A DNA stretch of 64,000 bases from Macrostomum lignano (taxonomy: Eukaryota): NCBI GenBank assembly GCA_002269645.1, contig NIVC01000092.1, positions 124,001-188,000 on the forward strand. The letters run 5' to 3'. The position numbers and the translations under genes were made by a program. Below, in pieces: positions 26,532 to 37,590 of this stretch; the stretch's first letter is position 1; each line of letters starts with the position of its first letter. Under the pieces are notes generated by a model, which saw only the letters and a list, made by a program, of their open reading frames with translations, searched no databases and was not told the origin of the DNA.

Positions 26532-27134
26532 TCTACAACCAATGTATAGCAATGTTGATAAACACAGTGCATCAACAACCATGTCAAAGTTGCTGAAACA
26601 AATGATGGCACTAGGGGCTAGTGATCAGAAGTATTTTTGGACCTAAACTTAAAGAAGTCCAATGTTTCATTGACAAGCAAGTCATTTTGGTAATAAGACT
26701 AGATCTAGCAATGTCCTAGTTTTCCCTTATTAAATTAGTTTTATATTAAATTAATAAAATTAACCAAAACATGTTTTTTAAACTCATTAAAGCATATTTA
26801 AGATGTGTAAGTCTTTAAATGGCTTCTAGTTTATCTGGTGACAGACAATCCAATGACAGACAATCCAGCAACAGTCAATCCAGGGATAGTAAATTGGCAA
26901 CAGATTTTGTAATAGATTTTATAGATTTTACCAGTAGATACAAACAAAACTTATGTAAATGTAGTTTTAATTTAATTTTACATGTACTGAGTGTGTTTTG
27001 TAAAGAATTCTCTTTAGGATGGTTTGTATTTTTAAAAATAAAACTTGTACACTATGGCTATATTTCTTTAAGCAATCACACACACACATCACTCATTCAC
27101 AGCAAACATTTTTATGTACTAATTTTAGCATATA

Positions 27135-28439
27135 TGAGGGTCACTCTGAAAGTCTTAAGCCTCACTAGCTTCTGAACTCAGAAATCAGAATCAGCACTAG
27201 GCTTGTTCAAAGTAGTTGCCTGCAGCACTTATGCACTTTTCCAAATGCTGAAACCACAAGTAAACTGCAGTAGACCAGTCACTATCCTGCATGTCCATGA
27301 GAATGTTGACATAGACTGCAATAGCCTCATTAGGAGTCAAAAACTGGCAACCTTGCAGTTTCTCCTTTGCCTTCAGGAAAAGAAAGAAATTGCATGGAGC
27401 CAGGGTGAGTGACAATCTTGACGCTGCTGTTGGCAAGGAAGTCGACAGTGGCGCAGGCAGTGCGCGCCCTAGCATTGTCATAATGTAGGCAGAGGTGCTG
27501 CAATGGCCATCCTTGATATTTTTGCTGCCACTGCTCAACACCTGTGGCAGGCAGATACTGATGTACCACTGCTCCGTAATTGTCCATTGATCTTCCAGTG
27601 CCACTGTGACGATGTGGCCAGTTTTTAAGAAAAAAGTTGCCATCATCTTGCCAGCACTCCGCAAACTCCGTCACTTTGAAGGTTATGACTTGCCCTCGAA
27701 GCACCAGACGGCTGACTGGCACTTTGTTTCAGGATCAAACTGGTAGATCCATGTCTCATTGCCTGCAACAATGTCCAGAACATCACGACTAGTGCCTCCA
27801 TCAAAGTCAGTGAGCATCTGATGGCACCACTGTACACAAGCTGCCTTCTGTGGCTCTGTGAGCAAATGAGGCACCCATTGGGCGCAGAGCTTCCAGACAT
27901 GCAGGTGTTGGTGCAGGATGCTCTGCACCTAGCTGAACCCAATGCCCAGAGCCTCCTGAAGCTATGCCGTGGTTATTTGGTGATCTGCCAGTAGTTAGCT
28001 GCTCTGTCTGCTCTATGTTCTATGGTGTCACAGCAGTGACAGGTTGGTCACTTTGCTCCTTGTCAGACAGGCTCGTCTAGCCACTGGTAAACTCACAGTA
28101 GCAATACTTGACTATGGCTAGGGATGGAGCCTGATCCCTGAAAGTGGTTGCAAGCTGCTCATGGTACTATTGCCTTGTTAAACTGTGCATAAAGTTGTAA
28201 AACATCATTGCTTGGAAGTCGCAATTTTCAATTTTCAATTATAAGTTGAATGCTCATTTTTCATGCAGGTTATCACATGAAAGTAATTTTCTTCAACTAA
28301 TAAAATTTTTTAACTTGAATGTGTGCGCTGCAAATTTAATACATTGGCTGCAGGCATGTAAAAGGTTGTGTAAGTCAAGTTTCAAACCTATGCCTAAGCA
28401 AGAAGGGTTTTAGGCTAAAGACTTTCAGAGTGGCCCTCA
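27135..28439 (-). mobile_element. Full-length decayed mariner element (1305 bp)
   Basis: TA TSD and TIR TGAGGG(T/C)CACTCTGAAAGTC at both ends; size typical of mariner. Confidence 0.92.
27197..28230 (-). pseudogene. Mariner (D,D34D-type) transposase pseudogene
   Basis: WVPHLL, IVAGNETWIY (first Asp lost), LHYDNAR and LAPCNFFLF motifs spread over frames, with stops and frameshifts. Confidence 0.9.
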
Positions 28440-29363
28440 TAGATATATCTGCAATTTCCTTGTTTTAAAAGCAATATTGTCATTATAAGAGAACAAGCTA
28501 TAGAACAAGCATTTTGAACCCACTAAATTGCAATCCTTGGAACTATTTTTTATACATTCTATTAAATTTTTTTATTATTAATCATAGCAATAATTATAAT
28601 TATAAAAATACCAATTTACATGCTATAGCTTTTTACTATACCTTGTTGCTCAATTGACTATTGCTGTTTTGATTGTCGTTAGATTGTCTATCATTGGATT
28701 GTCCCATTGCCAGATTGACTGGATACCCTTTAAACTATGCACATTGCACAGTATAATAATGGTAGGCTTATAATGAGTCACCTTGTACAAAAAGTTGCCA
28801 AAGCATTTCTCTTAGAATAGTCAGTGCCAGAGGAACTTGCTGAGCCAAGGTTGAAGTTGATTTAAAAAAAACAAAAAAGGTCATCACTAGTGCCATTTGT
28901 AGGCCTAACTTTAGATATAAATTTATATAAACTTGAATTTTAAAGCTATATCCAAGATTAGCTTGTAAGTTTCTATTATTTTCTATTTTTTAGTTGCAAG
29001 CTAGATCCCAAATAGCCAACTATTCCAATGGCTATTCTTTTTATATTGTGTGTTTATCTATTACTATAGTGTGGCTATATATCTATTATTTGCCTTTTAA
29101 CTTTTGAATAGTATATGACCATCTGTTCCTAGCCTTTTGTTTCTTTCTATTGAATAATCAATGGTAATTTGTTTATAGCTTTCTTTCAAAATTTTAAAAG
29201 CTTCACCATGGTAGGCTATGATAGTGTTATATTTAAACCCCTAATATTAAAGACATCTACTATAGCTACTAGCCTCTAAGTTATTCTATCTATATCTTAA
29301 ATGTTATGACAAATTTTTGCATATTTGTCAATTATATATTGGTATCCTAAATTTAGTTGGCAG

Positions 29364-29577
29364 TAGGGAATATAATCCCAGGATCCCATAATCCCAAGAT
29401 TAGACCCAAATCAGGTTAGATGGCTTTGTAAGCCAAAATTTCACCAACAAAGATTAGAAACTTTTTCAATTCTGTGATCCTGGCCCAATTTGTCAGGATC
29501 TTAGGATTTTCAAAGTCCAGGATATCTTGATATCAAAAATCCCAGGATTGGCAAAATTTGGGATTTTGTATTCCTTA
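29364..29577 (-). mobile_element. 214-bp hAT MITE of the same family as 25159-26531
   Basis: TAGGGAATA..TATTCCTTA ends; TSD GTTGGCAG/GTTGGCAA. Its reverse complement aligns with the left ~220 bp of the longer copy. Confidence 0.85.
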
Positions 29578-30192
29578 GTTGGCAATATGGCCTTCATTTG
29601 TAATACTAATATTGTTTGTGCCTAATGGACTTATAGTATTATCTTCTAAAGACCTTGATAGCATTTTTAAATAGTTTTGTTATATGATAGAAATATTGCT
29701 ATAATTTATTTGTAATACTGTATAAAGTTAACATTACTTTTTTGAGTGAACATAACATTACTTACTTTTTTTAAAGTTTGGCATATAAAACTTTTTGTAT
29801 GTTCAAATATATTTCATTTTTAGTACATAAAAAGTTTTATAGTTCTAAGTGAAACCTTTTCTAATAGTGTAAAAAATAGAAATTTACACAAGCATAGATA
29901 AGCATCATATATTGCTATACCCTATATAATATAATCTATAGAAAAGGTTTTAGTTCTGTAGTGCTGAATATATACTCGTAATTGATTGATTCAGTATGGT
30001 AGACAAAAATGTCAGGTAGAGTTCAAAATAAATTTGGAAAAGCAGTTACCTTTTATAGCAATAAACTTGCTGTTGAACAAATATTTATTTTTTCTTGTCT
30101 AATTTATTTTTCTGCAATTGGAACTGAGGAACAATCTGAAGAGATCTTCTAATAGTGTGGCAACCTGTGCTTGCAGTTAGCCATCCTTCACT

Positions 30193-30555
30193 ATGGCAAT
30201 GATTATTCGGTTACAAAATTTGTCCTGGAATGCTCAGGCAGCCGATGTACGCCGCTTTTTCTCTGGCTTATTCATTCCCGAGGGCGGGGTGCATATTGTT
30301 GGCGGCGAATTTGGCGACGCTTTTATCACGTTTGGTACCGAGGACGACGCTAGATTGGCGCTTAGACTCAACGGCCAGCAACTGTGTGGCGAGATTGTCA
30401 AATTGTTTGTTAGCTCTACGAGCGAGATGCAGCAGGTTGTGGCCAGAGCTAAGCAGGCTGCTGCTGCGGCAGCCGCTGTCGCTGCTGCACCTCCGCCCTC
30501 TCAGGCTGCTGTGCTGCCCTCCAATCTCTCCAACAGACCGCAGCCTGCTCAGCAG
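30193..30555 (+). CDS. RBM12: RBM12-like RNA-binding protein, exon 1 (N-terminal RRM)
   Basis: MAMIIRLQNL..RRFFSGLFIPEGGVHIVGGEFGDAFITFGTEDDARLA matches the RBM12/12B first RRM; phase-0 donor CAG|GTACAA. Confidence 0.85.
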
Positions 30556-30838
30556 GTACAAGCATTTTCAGGATATAGTATATAAACTACTTTCTCTTCA
30601 TTTGGTAGTAATAGAGTAGAGGTGGAAATAACATGCGATTTCACCCTCTTGTTGTCTCTACAGCTTGTGCCGTCTTTTATGCCCTGAAAGATTCGCCACA
30701 TTCTATGTTCCGATGCATTGCATTTTTATCTGCCCATTTATCTCGCTATTTTTTTACCTTGAACTACCTCACTTTGAATTATTCCCCATTAACCAACCTC
30801 AGAACCGTCCATTAACAGTTTTTATCTGTCCCTTTTAG

Positions 30839-33800
30839 CTCGGATCCCAGCCGCGAATGCCGCCGCCACCTCATCAGTCTCAGCAGCAACCACACCAGCC
30901 GCCTCCCCAGCTGTTTTTGGGCGGCTATCCACCAGAGAAGCGAAGGCGTGAAGCCATCGATGCTACGTATGATTACGCTGAGTACGATCACGCTATGAGC
31001 AGTACTGGAGCGGCAGCCGCTGATTCTTATCAGCGGAAAAATGCAGGCGGTCAGTTTCAATCCAATTTTGGTCGGAACGGAGGCAACGCATACAACGTTA
31101 GTCAGCGCTATCACCAACATCAATCTGATGTACCGATGTCAAACGATGGCGGCGGAAGGAGTGCCAGATTCCCACCTGCCAGAGACGGTCGAGCTGTACC
31201 TTATGGCGGTGATCAAGTTTCGCCTAGCAGCGGTGATCGATTTCCACCTGGTAGTCGCGATCAAATTCCACCTGGCGGCAGTGATCGATTTCCACCTGGC
31301 AGTCGCGATCGATTTCCACATAGCATTGGCGATCAACACCCCCCTGCAAGCGGTGGTCAGTTCCCTCCAGGTAGACAGATCCAGCATGATGGCCCATCGC
31401 AGGGTAATAACCATGCCTTTATGGCCGATAACAGGGACAGATGGGAGCGCCATCCCGATCACTCGAAGCAGCAGCCTCCTATAAATCGTGACGAACCTTC
31501 CAACTATCAAGGGGCAACAAATTTGGAGTCGTTTCAACAATCGCCTGCGTTTCAGAATGAACGAAACCCGCAGGATTTCCGTGGCACTTTTAGTGCTCAA
31601 AATGAAAAGGTATATGCTGAAAGCGATGGCTGGCCATATTCGTCAAACAAACAGCGTAGTTTTGGAGGTGATGACTTATCGCATCAGTCCTTAGAGCCAG
31701 AGATAAGAGGCCGTAGTCGTGGTCGCGGTCGCGGTCTGGGTCGCGGTCGCGGTCTGGGTCGCGGCCAAAGTTCTAACAGTGAGAGAGGCTTTGACCCCCG
31801 ATCTCAGCAGCAGCCGCCAACAAGCCTTGGTCGAGATGGTCCCTCCAGTCTCTTGCAAAGACGAGGGGGTCAAACTCGTTTCACAGAAGGACGCGGTGGT
31901 CTGACTGGATCCGCTATTGTACCCGAAAGCCGAGTGGAGTTCGTTCAACAAAGCGGTCGATCCGACGTTTTCGAAGGACAGGCTGGTCGATCTGACTTTA
32001 CCGAAGGACGAGGAGGCTTATCTGGTTTCAACGAAGGACAAGGAGGCTTATCTGGTTTCAACGAAGGCCGAGGTGGTCGATCTGACTTTATCGAAGGACG
32101 AGGAGGCTTATCTGGTTTCAACGAAGGACGAGGTGGTCGATCTGACTTTACTGAAGGACGAGGAGGCCGAACTGGTTTTAATAATGAAGGTCGAGGAAGC
32201 CAAACTGGTTTCAACGAAGGCCGAGGTGGTCGATCTGACTTTATCGAAGGACGAGGAGGCCTATCTGGTTTCAAGGAAGGACGAGGAGGCCGAATTGGTT
32301 TCAACGAAGGCCGAGGTGGTCGATCTGACTTTATCGAAGGACGAGGAGGCCTATCTGGTTTCAACGAAGGACGAGGAGGCCGAATTGGTTTCAACGAAGG
32401 CCGAGGTGGTCGATCTGACTTTATCGAAGGACGAGAAGGCCGAACTGGTTTTAATAATGAAGGTCGGGGTCCACCTGGTTTTAATGAAGGTCAACGTTCA
32501 CCAGGTTTTAATGAAGGTCGAGGTCCACCTGACTTTACTGCAGGACGAGGAGGCCGATCTGGTTTTAAGGAAGGCCGAGGCGGTCGATCTGACTATACTG
32601 AAGGACGAGGAGGCCGATCTGATTTTTTCGAAGGCCAAGGTCAAACTGGCGTTAATGAAGGACGAGAAAGTTATCCTGGTTATAGTGAAGGCCAGTGTCG
32701 TCCTGGCCTTATTGAAATTCAAGGCAGCGGGTCTGGTCTTTTGGAAGAGCGACGAGCTGGAAAGTTCTTGGGCGAACCAGGTGATCAGCTTAAATTTCCA
32801 GACAGAAGTGGCGTACGCTCAACTAGTCTCCTGGGCAGACCGGATAGCCAGCCTCTTGCTTATGGAGTTAGAAGTGGTCAGAACCCGGAGGAATGGAGTG
32901 GGCAATATCTGCATGCACGAGGTCAGAACCCAGATGTAGCAGCTAGCCAGTACCCTGATGAACAGGATCAGCCTTCGGTTGTGCATAACGACAAAGTTCT
33001 TGGTGGTCAATCTGGAATTCCAGAAAGACGCGGAGGCCGGTCAAGATTCTCAGACGAAGGAAAAGCCTTTCGACCGGACCTAGACTTTTCTGGGCAACAA
33101 AAAGGTTTTGAAGGAAACATCATTCAAACGGAGCCAACCTTTGCTGGTCGAGGCAGTCAGTTTGGTCAATTCTTACCAATCGGTCAACCTATAGGCCTTG
33201 CTAGTGCTGGTCCCGGTGGAAATCAACCGGGGCCTTCTGCTCCGAGTTTTCAAGTTCGATGTGTTTCTCCACGCACAGCACTACCAATGCATCCCAAGTC
33301 GAGCCTTCCCGGACCGCCACAACACTCAATGCGAGCCCCTGCGCCCCCGAGGCCTCAGGCAGCTATTCTATCGCCTAATATTCGGTCGCCAACTCCTCCT
33401 AAGCCCATGATGGCTCTTGCATCAGAGAGAGTGACACAGCCATCAGCAGATTCGCAGCCTGTGGCCTCGCGCGGCCGAGGAATTGGCTTTCGTCGTAGCC
33501 GTTTTGACAACAACACCAACGATGACATCCGAGCCAGTGAAGAAACTGAAATCCCAGCGGCTCCATTATCCCAACAGCCGGGCAGTGGGCGCGGTATCGG
33601 ATTTGCCTTGGCACGCAACCGCATGACTGCAATCGGTGCTGGGATCAGACCGCCGGAACAGATGCTTCCTCGACCCCAAATGCCCCATCAACAGCAGACA
33701 CTAGCAATGTCCGGGCAGAATGCTGATGATTCAGCCACCACGATGATTCGCAATATCCGCAACAGCAGCGATTCGACACCATTGTCTGCACCCACTGAAC

Positions 33801-35236
33801 CTGTAGGCCTCTTCCGACCCCGCCCATGGGAAGTGGCCGCAGCCGACACCAACAGATTAGCTCCACATCTTGTTTCGCCTGAGCAGAAACCCGAGCCAAA
33901 AACTATTCAACCTGCTCCTCAGGAGCGGTCAGATCATACTCCGATTGTTCAAAATCCTGTAGCATCGGCTTCGCCGTCGCGGCGGCGTAATCAATCGCCC
34001 ACAGGACAAGAACAAATGAAAACTACTGTTCCAGTTTCAAAAACCGAAGCTCCTGCTGTTGATTCCAGTTCTGTTTCTGCCCCGATCAAATACGAACGGG
34101 GTCAAAACGACGCCCACTATCTAGCACTGCGTGACGTACCATTAGATGCCCGCTATAACGATGTGGTTGGGGCACTACCAGCCGGAGTTCGTCTGTCCCA
34201 CTCGGCTATTAAGTACGAGGCCGATGCGCTTCGCCGACGAACTGGCCAGGTCTTCATCCGACTAACAGACATCGCCGATCAGCGTCGCTGTCTCGCCTCT
34301 CCTAAGACTTTGGCCTCTAGAATTCACGTTCGGCAATCTTGTGAGCATGAATTCATTAGCGCCAACGATCCAACGCTGAGCGAATCCAAGCTGGTTGCAG
34401 AGGCTGGAGGACCTCTGCCCAGCTATCCGAAGTGTCCATCGCCTTACCACGATGACTGTTGTCTAGAGATCAGCGGTTTGCCGAAGCCGATTCTACGCGA
34501 CGATTTAGTGTCAATCTTCGGTCAATCTGTTATAACTGATCCTGTCAATGATATTTTTATTGACCAGAGCAAATGCCCTTTTACGGCCACCGCCTATGTT
34601 CATTTCTCTCTGTACGGCGGCTTTCAAAACGCTTTGAGCACTGATGCCAGCAAACATTTCCCTGGCGCTTCTGTGTGTGCCATTTCGATGATTCAGTTTC
34701 GAGAATATGCTAACATCTCCCGCAAAGCGGCCGTTGCGTCGCTTTCCGACATCAATCTTGACTTTAGGCTGACGCGAGATCAACGACTAGCCGCGGCTTC
34801 GGGCGCAGCGACTGTTGCGAAAAGCGACAGTGAACCGGACGAAAGCAAGCAGGTTTGCGTTGAAGTGCAAAACCTGCCGTTAGACGTCACTACACAGGAG
34901 CTGCGTGATTTTTTTAACCCATTCATCATCGAACGGGACGCCATCCAGCTGATTGTGCATGGCTCTTCTCTACAGGCCTTTGCCCAGTTTGTCGACTCTA
35001 AGGTCGCTTCTGACGCCGTAGCAAAGAACGATAGACGACGATTGCGCGGCGCTGTTCTTGCGCTACGCCTGCGCTCTCTGGGTCAGCGTAGAGAGGCGCT
35101 GGCTGCGCTGGGCATTGCCGCTGCAAACACCACGGTACAAGCGGCTGGAAAGAAGCGGTCATCCTCATCATCATCTTCCAAGTCAAAGAAACAGTCTAGG
35201 CGGCGCAGTCGAAGCAGACGCGAAGGAAGGCGCTAA
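30839..35236 (+). CDS. RBM12: RBM12-like protein, exon 2 (long disordered region, RGG repeat, three C-terminal RRM-like domains, RS-like tail; ~1586 aa total)
   Basis: Acceptor ccttttag in frame with the 1459-aa ORF. RRM-like blocks start HYLALRDVP, CLEISGLP and VCVEVQNLP. Confidence 0.85.
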   Translation, partial: LGSQPRMPPPPHQSQQQPHQPPPQLFLGGYPPEKRRREAIDATYDYAEYDHAMSSTGAAAADSYQRKNAGGQFQSNFGRNGGNAYNVSQRYHQHQSDVPMSNDGGGRSARFPPARDGRAVPYGGDQVSPSSGDRFPPGSRDQIPPGGSDRFPPGSRDRFPHSIGDQHPPASGGQFPPGRQIQHDGPSQGNNHAFMADNRDRWERHPDHSKQQPPINRDEPSNYQGATNLESFQQSPAFQNERNPQDFRGTFSAQNEKVYAESDGWPYSSNKQRSFGGDDLSHQSLEPEIRGRSRGRGRGLGRGRGLGRGQSSNSERGFDPRSQQQPPTSLGRDGPSSLLQRRGGQTRFTEGRGGLTGSAIVPESRVEFVQQSGRSDVFEGQAGRSDFTEGRGGLSGFNEGQGGLSGFNEGRGGRSDFIEGRGGLSGFNEGRGGRSDFTEGRGGRTGFNNEGRGSQTGFNEGRGGRSDFIEGRGGLSGFKEGRGGRIGFNEGRGGRSDFIEGRGGLSGFNEGRGGRIGFNEGRGGRSDFIEGREGRTGFNNEGRGPPGFNEGQRSPGFNEGRGPPDFTAGRGGRSGFKEGRGGRSDYTEGRGGRSDFFEGQGQTGVNEGRESYPGYSEGQCRPGLIEIQGSGSGLLEERRAGKFLGEPGDQLKFPDRSGVRSTSLLGRPDSQPLAYGVRSGQNPEEWSGQYLHARGQNPDVAASQYPDEQDQPSVVHNDKVLGGQSGIPERRGGRSRFSDEGKAFRPDLDFSGQQKGFEGNIIQTEPTFAGRGSQFGQFLPIGQPIGLASAGPGGNQPGPSAPSFQVRCVSPRTALPMHPKSSLPGPPQHSMRAPAPPRPQAAILSPNIRSPTPPKPMMALASERVTQPSADSQPVASRGRGIGFRRSRFDNNTNDDIRASEETEIPAAPLSQQPGSGRGIGFALARNRMTAIGAGIRPPEQMLPRPQMPHQQQTLAMSGQNADDSATTMIRNIRNSSDSTPLSAPTEPVGLFRPRPWEVAAADTNRLAPHLVSPEQKPEPKTIQPAPQERSDHTPIVQNPVASASPSRRRNQSPTGQEQMKTTVPVSKTEAPAVDSSSVSAPIKYERGQNDAHYLALRDVPLDARYNDVVGALPAGVRLSHSAIKYEADALRRRTGQVFIRLTDIADQRRCLASPKTLASRIHVRQSCEHEFISANDPTLSESKLVAEAGGPLPSYPKCPSPYHDDCCLEISGLPKPILRDDLVSIFGQSVITDPVNDIFIDQSKCPFTATAYVHFSLYGGFQNALSTDASKHFPGASVCAISMIQFREYANISRKAAVASLSDINLDFRLTRDQRLAAASGAATVAKSDSEPDESKQVCVEVQNLPLDVTTQELRDFFNPFIIERDAIQLIVHGSSLQAFAQFVDSKVASDAVAKNDRRRLRGAVLALRLRSLGQRREALAALGIAAANTTVQAAGKKRSSSSSSSKSKKQSRRRSRSRREGRR

Positions 35237-35460
35237 AATTCAGAATAATCAACATAAATTTCCCGGTCGTGATGAATTAAATAGTAGGTGAGGGGCTCAG
35301 CCATAAGATTGGTTTTTAATTCAAATTGGTTTACAATCTATGGGACACAAGGTGCACGACATTGATCGAAATGTCACTTCACGGTAATGACCTCTGCTTA
35401 ATGGCTGGTCATTAACTGAAAGTCCTGTTTCGACCATCGACAATTCAATCAATCCAGCTA

Positions 35461-35734
35461 ATATAAAGCGGGAATTTAAGTTAATGACCAATGACAGAGG
35501 AATGTTGCAGTTGAGCATATATGCGAGTAGCTGAGTAATTTACAAGGAGCTATTTTAAAACGATGGAAGGTTGCAACATTGGTGTCACGATAGCGCCACA
35601 ATGACAACGCAACTGTGCAGCCAGATGTGCTCTTACGGCCGATTTCGCTACTTTGGAGTTCAGTTCCATAGCTACTGCTGGTGCGGCTCGGCCTGCGGAT
35701 CGCATGGCCATTAACTTAAATTCTCGCTTTATAT
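35461..35734. mobile_element. 274-bp MITE-like unit with 30-bp inverted repeats flanked by TA
   Basis: ATATAAAGCGGGAATTTAAGTTAATGACCA vs TGGCCATTAACTTAAATTCTCGCTTTATAT: 28/30 inverted match. Confidence 0.7.
35559..35714 (+). pseudogene. WSC-domain coding fragment
   Basis: NDGRLQHWCHDSATMTTQLCSQMCSYGRFRYFGVQFHSYCWCGSACGSHG fits the WSC pattern MT..C...C...G..YFGVQ....C.CG. It is too short for the ORF track. Confidence 0.7.
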
Positions 35735-36989
35735 TAATTAACCTTCCATTAATAGGTTGTATGAGTTAATAATCGATTATCGATAAAACCTTAATGCCTT
35801 CAAACATTGATTCGCATTCTTTAATAGATCGTCCTTCAGTATTAATTCCTATTTCTCTAAAAGCTGCACATTAGCAGAAATGACATCGGGCAACTCATTG
35901 ATTTATGCGATCATCCATGTTTTCACGTCAGACAACTGTCTTCTATAATTTACCGGAACTGCACTGACTAGCTTCTTATTCTTCATCCAATAGACCTCGC
36001 GACTTACCAGTTGCCCCTGGGTAAAGTCTTGAATTGGGTTTTCGAAGTTTCTACAAGTATTATGGCTTTAATCTTTAGCATCGCCTTGTCCCTGCTATTT
36101 CAATATGTTTCAATATGATTAACCGCTGGTTAAAACGAACTGAAAATATTAAGAAATATTGCACTTATAATTTCCTTTCAAACATTGATTAGATAAACCT
36201 GGGAAATCAAATTACAGAAAACATTGCTGTCAAAACTTACACTTTCTCTGGGGCTCAAGATGTCAAAAAATTTCTTGCTAACAAAAAATAAGCAGTTTGA
36301 TGTGCACACACGCTTATTTTAATTGCTGCTATTTGGGTTTCTTTAAATGTTAAAGAATATCACAACGTTCTCTCTACAGAATTAAACGTGCTATGAGAAT
36401 TCCACCTATTCTTTTGAAGAAGTCTACTAGCTACAGCTTTCTACTTAGATAAACAGACGCCTTTGAAAAAGATCCATGATAATGGTGCTCTCCATCTTTG
36501 TCAACTAGCCATTTCCGACTTCACAATTCTGGGAATTCCTAAATTAAAACTACAGTCTTGGGGTCCTCCCTGCGAAATGTCACCTGTCTACAACAGTAAA
36601 ATAATCCTGCAACGGTTAGTCATCGTCTCATAGTCCATGACAATTTAAATGTATCCATTTATTAGAACGACATAATACTCGTAAAACGAGCTATGTCTAA
36701 CCCTAATGGTTTCTCTATGCTCTAAATTTTTAAATACATTTTTGTAAACAATTCCGCTCTTCATTTTCAAATCGATATGCCGACGATAATATTTATGCGA
36801 TTGGATAAGAAATTCCATTAATTCAACTGGTCGGAAGTAATTACATCAAGTTGAATTAGCCAGACTGATGATGGAAGCCGAAGATCGTTCTGAAAGGCTA
36901 CGAAAGGCAAACCACTGATGCCATTGCTGGGCGCGAGAAAACTATTCACTTTGTTCAGGACTTCTAGCTCTCAATAAATCACTTGTTAG

Positions 36990-37590
36990 ATTTTAAAGAC
37001 AAAGCAGGAAACTTTATAGTATTTCTGACACTACGAATGTGTCCAAATGGTGTTCAATTTTTGGATATAGAAACAGTCGATGTTAAATCAGAAAAGAAAT
37101 GTTACCACTTCCAATACCCCAGCTGCATCCAGCTCCAGCTCATCCTCTCAAACCACATAGAATAGCAACTACCCCACTCCATATGAGGGATGTCAAACAG
37201 GATGCACGTAGAGTGCCTTAATAGCCATTTCTGGCTACTCAAGTGAAGCTCCCTTGTGCAGACGCTTGGCCAGAGGAAAGACACGGGGCACACGGGGCCA
37301 ATTCAAGGCTCTAAGGTGGATGCTGAAGCTGGACAATTCTCTACTCCATGAGCTCGATAGTTTGTCCAAGTTGTCGAGCTTGGTGGTCGTCCAGCTCGAC
37401 TTTCGTCTTCAAGCGAAGTTTGGCTCGACAACATTTAGCAAACTAGTCGAAAATGGTTGTTCTTGAAGGTGCACTATCTCTAAATCTAAAGGCTAAGCGA
37501 AGCCGCTCTAGGCATTCCGACTGGTTTAGATTCGATTTGTAATCGAAATAAATCATCGCTCGCACGTGGGTGCGCGACCCACGCGCATTT
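36990..37590 (-). pseudogene. Decayed mariner transposase N-terminal fragment
   Basis: RAMIYFDYKSNLNQSECLERLRLAF..SAPSRTTIFD, then a frameshifted EDESRAGRP-like motif. Confidence 0.65.

Larger units (their letters stand above)
26821..28727. mobile_element. TIR element with GG..CC ends and an 8-bp TSD, host of the mariner insertion
   Basis: GACAATCC subterminal repeats inverted at both ends; TSD CTTTAAAT / CTTTAAAC. Confidence 0.65.

Noticed and set aside
30230-35291. Alternative-frame and antisense ORFs over RBM12-like (similarly over CDK10, APC11, thymosin and Cas)
   Set aside because: Shadows of GC-rich coding exons, with no independent motifs.
35800-36620. Possible LINE reverse-transcriptase remnant (INELPDVISANVQL on minus)
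   Set aside because: The other motif-like matches are weak and in the wrong order, so support is insufficient.
36860-36910. CTGATGA..GAAA hammerhead candidate (also CTGATGA near 41625)
   Set aside because: Stem II does not close next to the core, and no stem I/III pairing was found.
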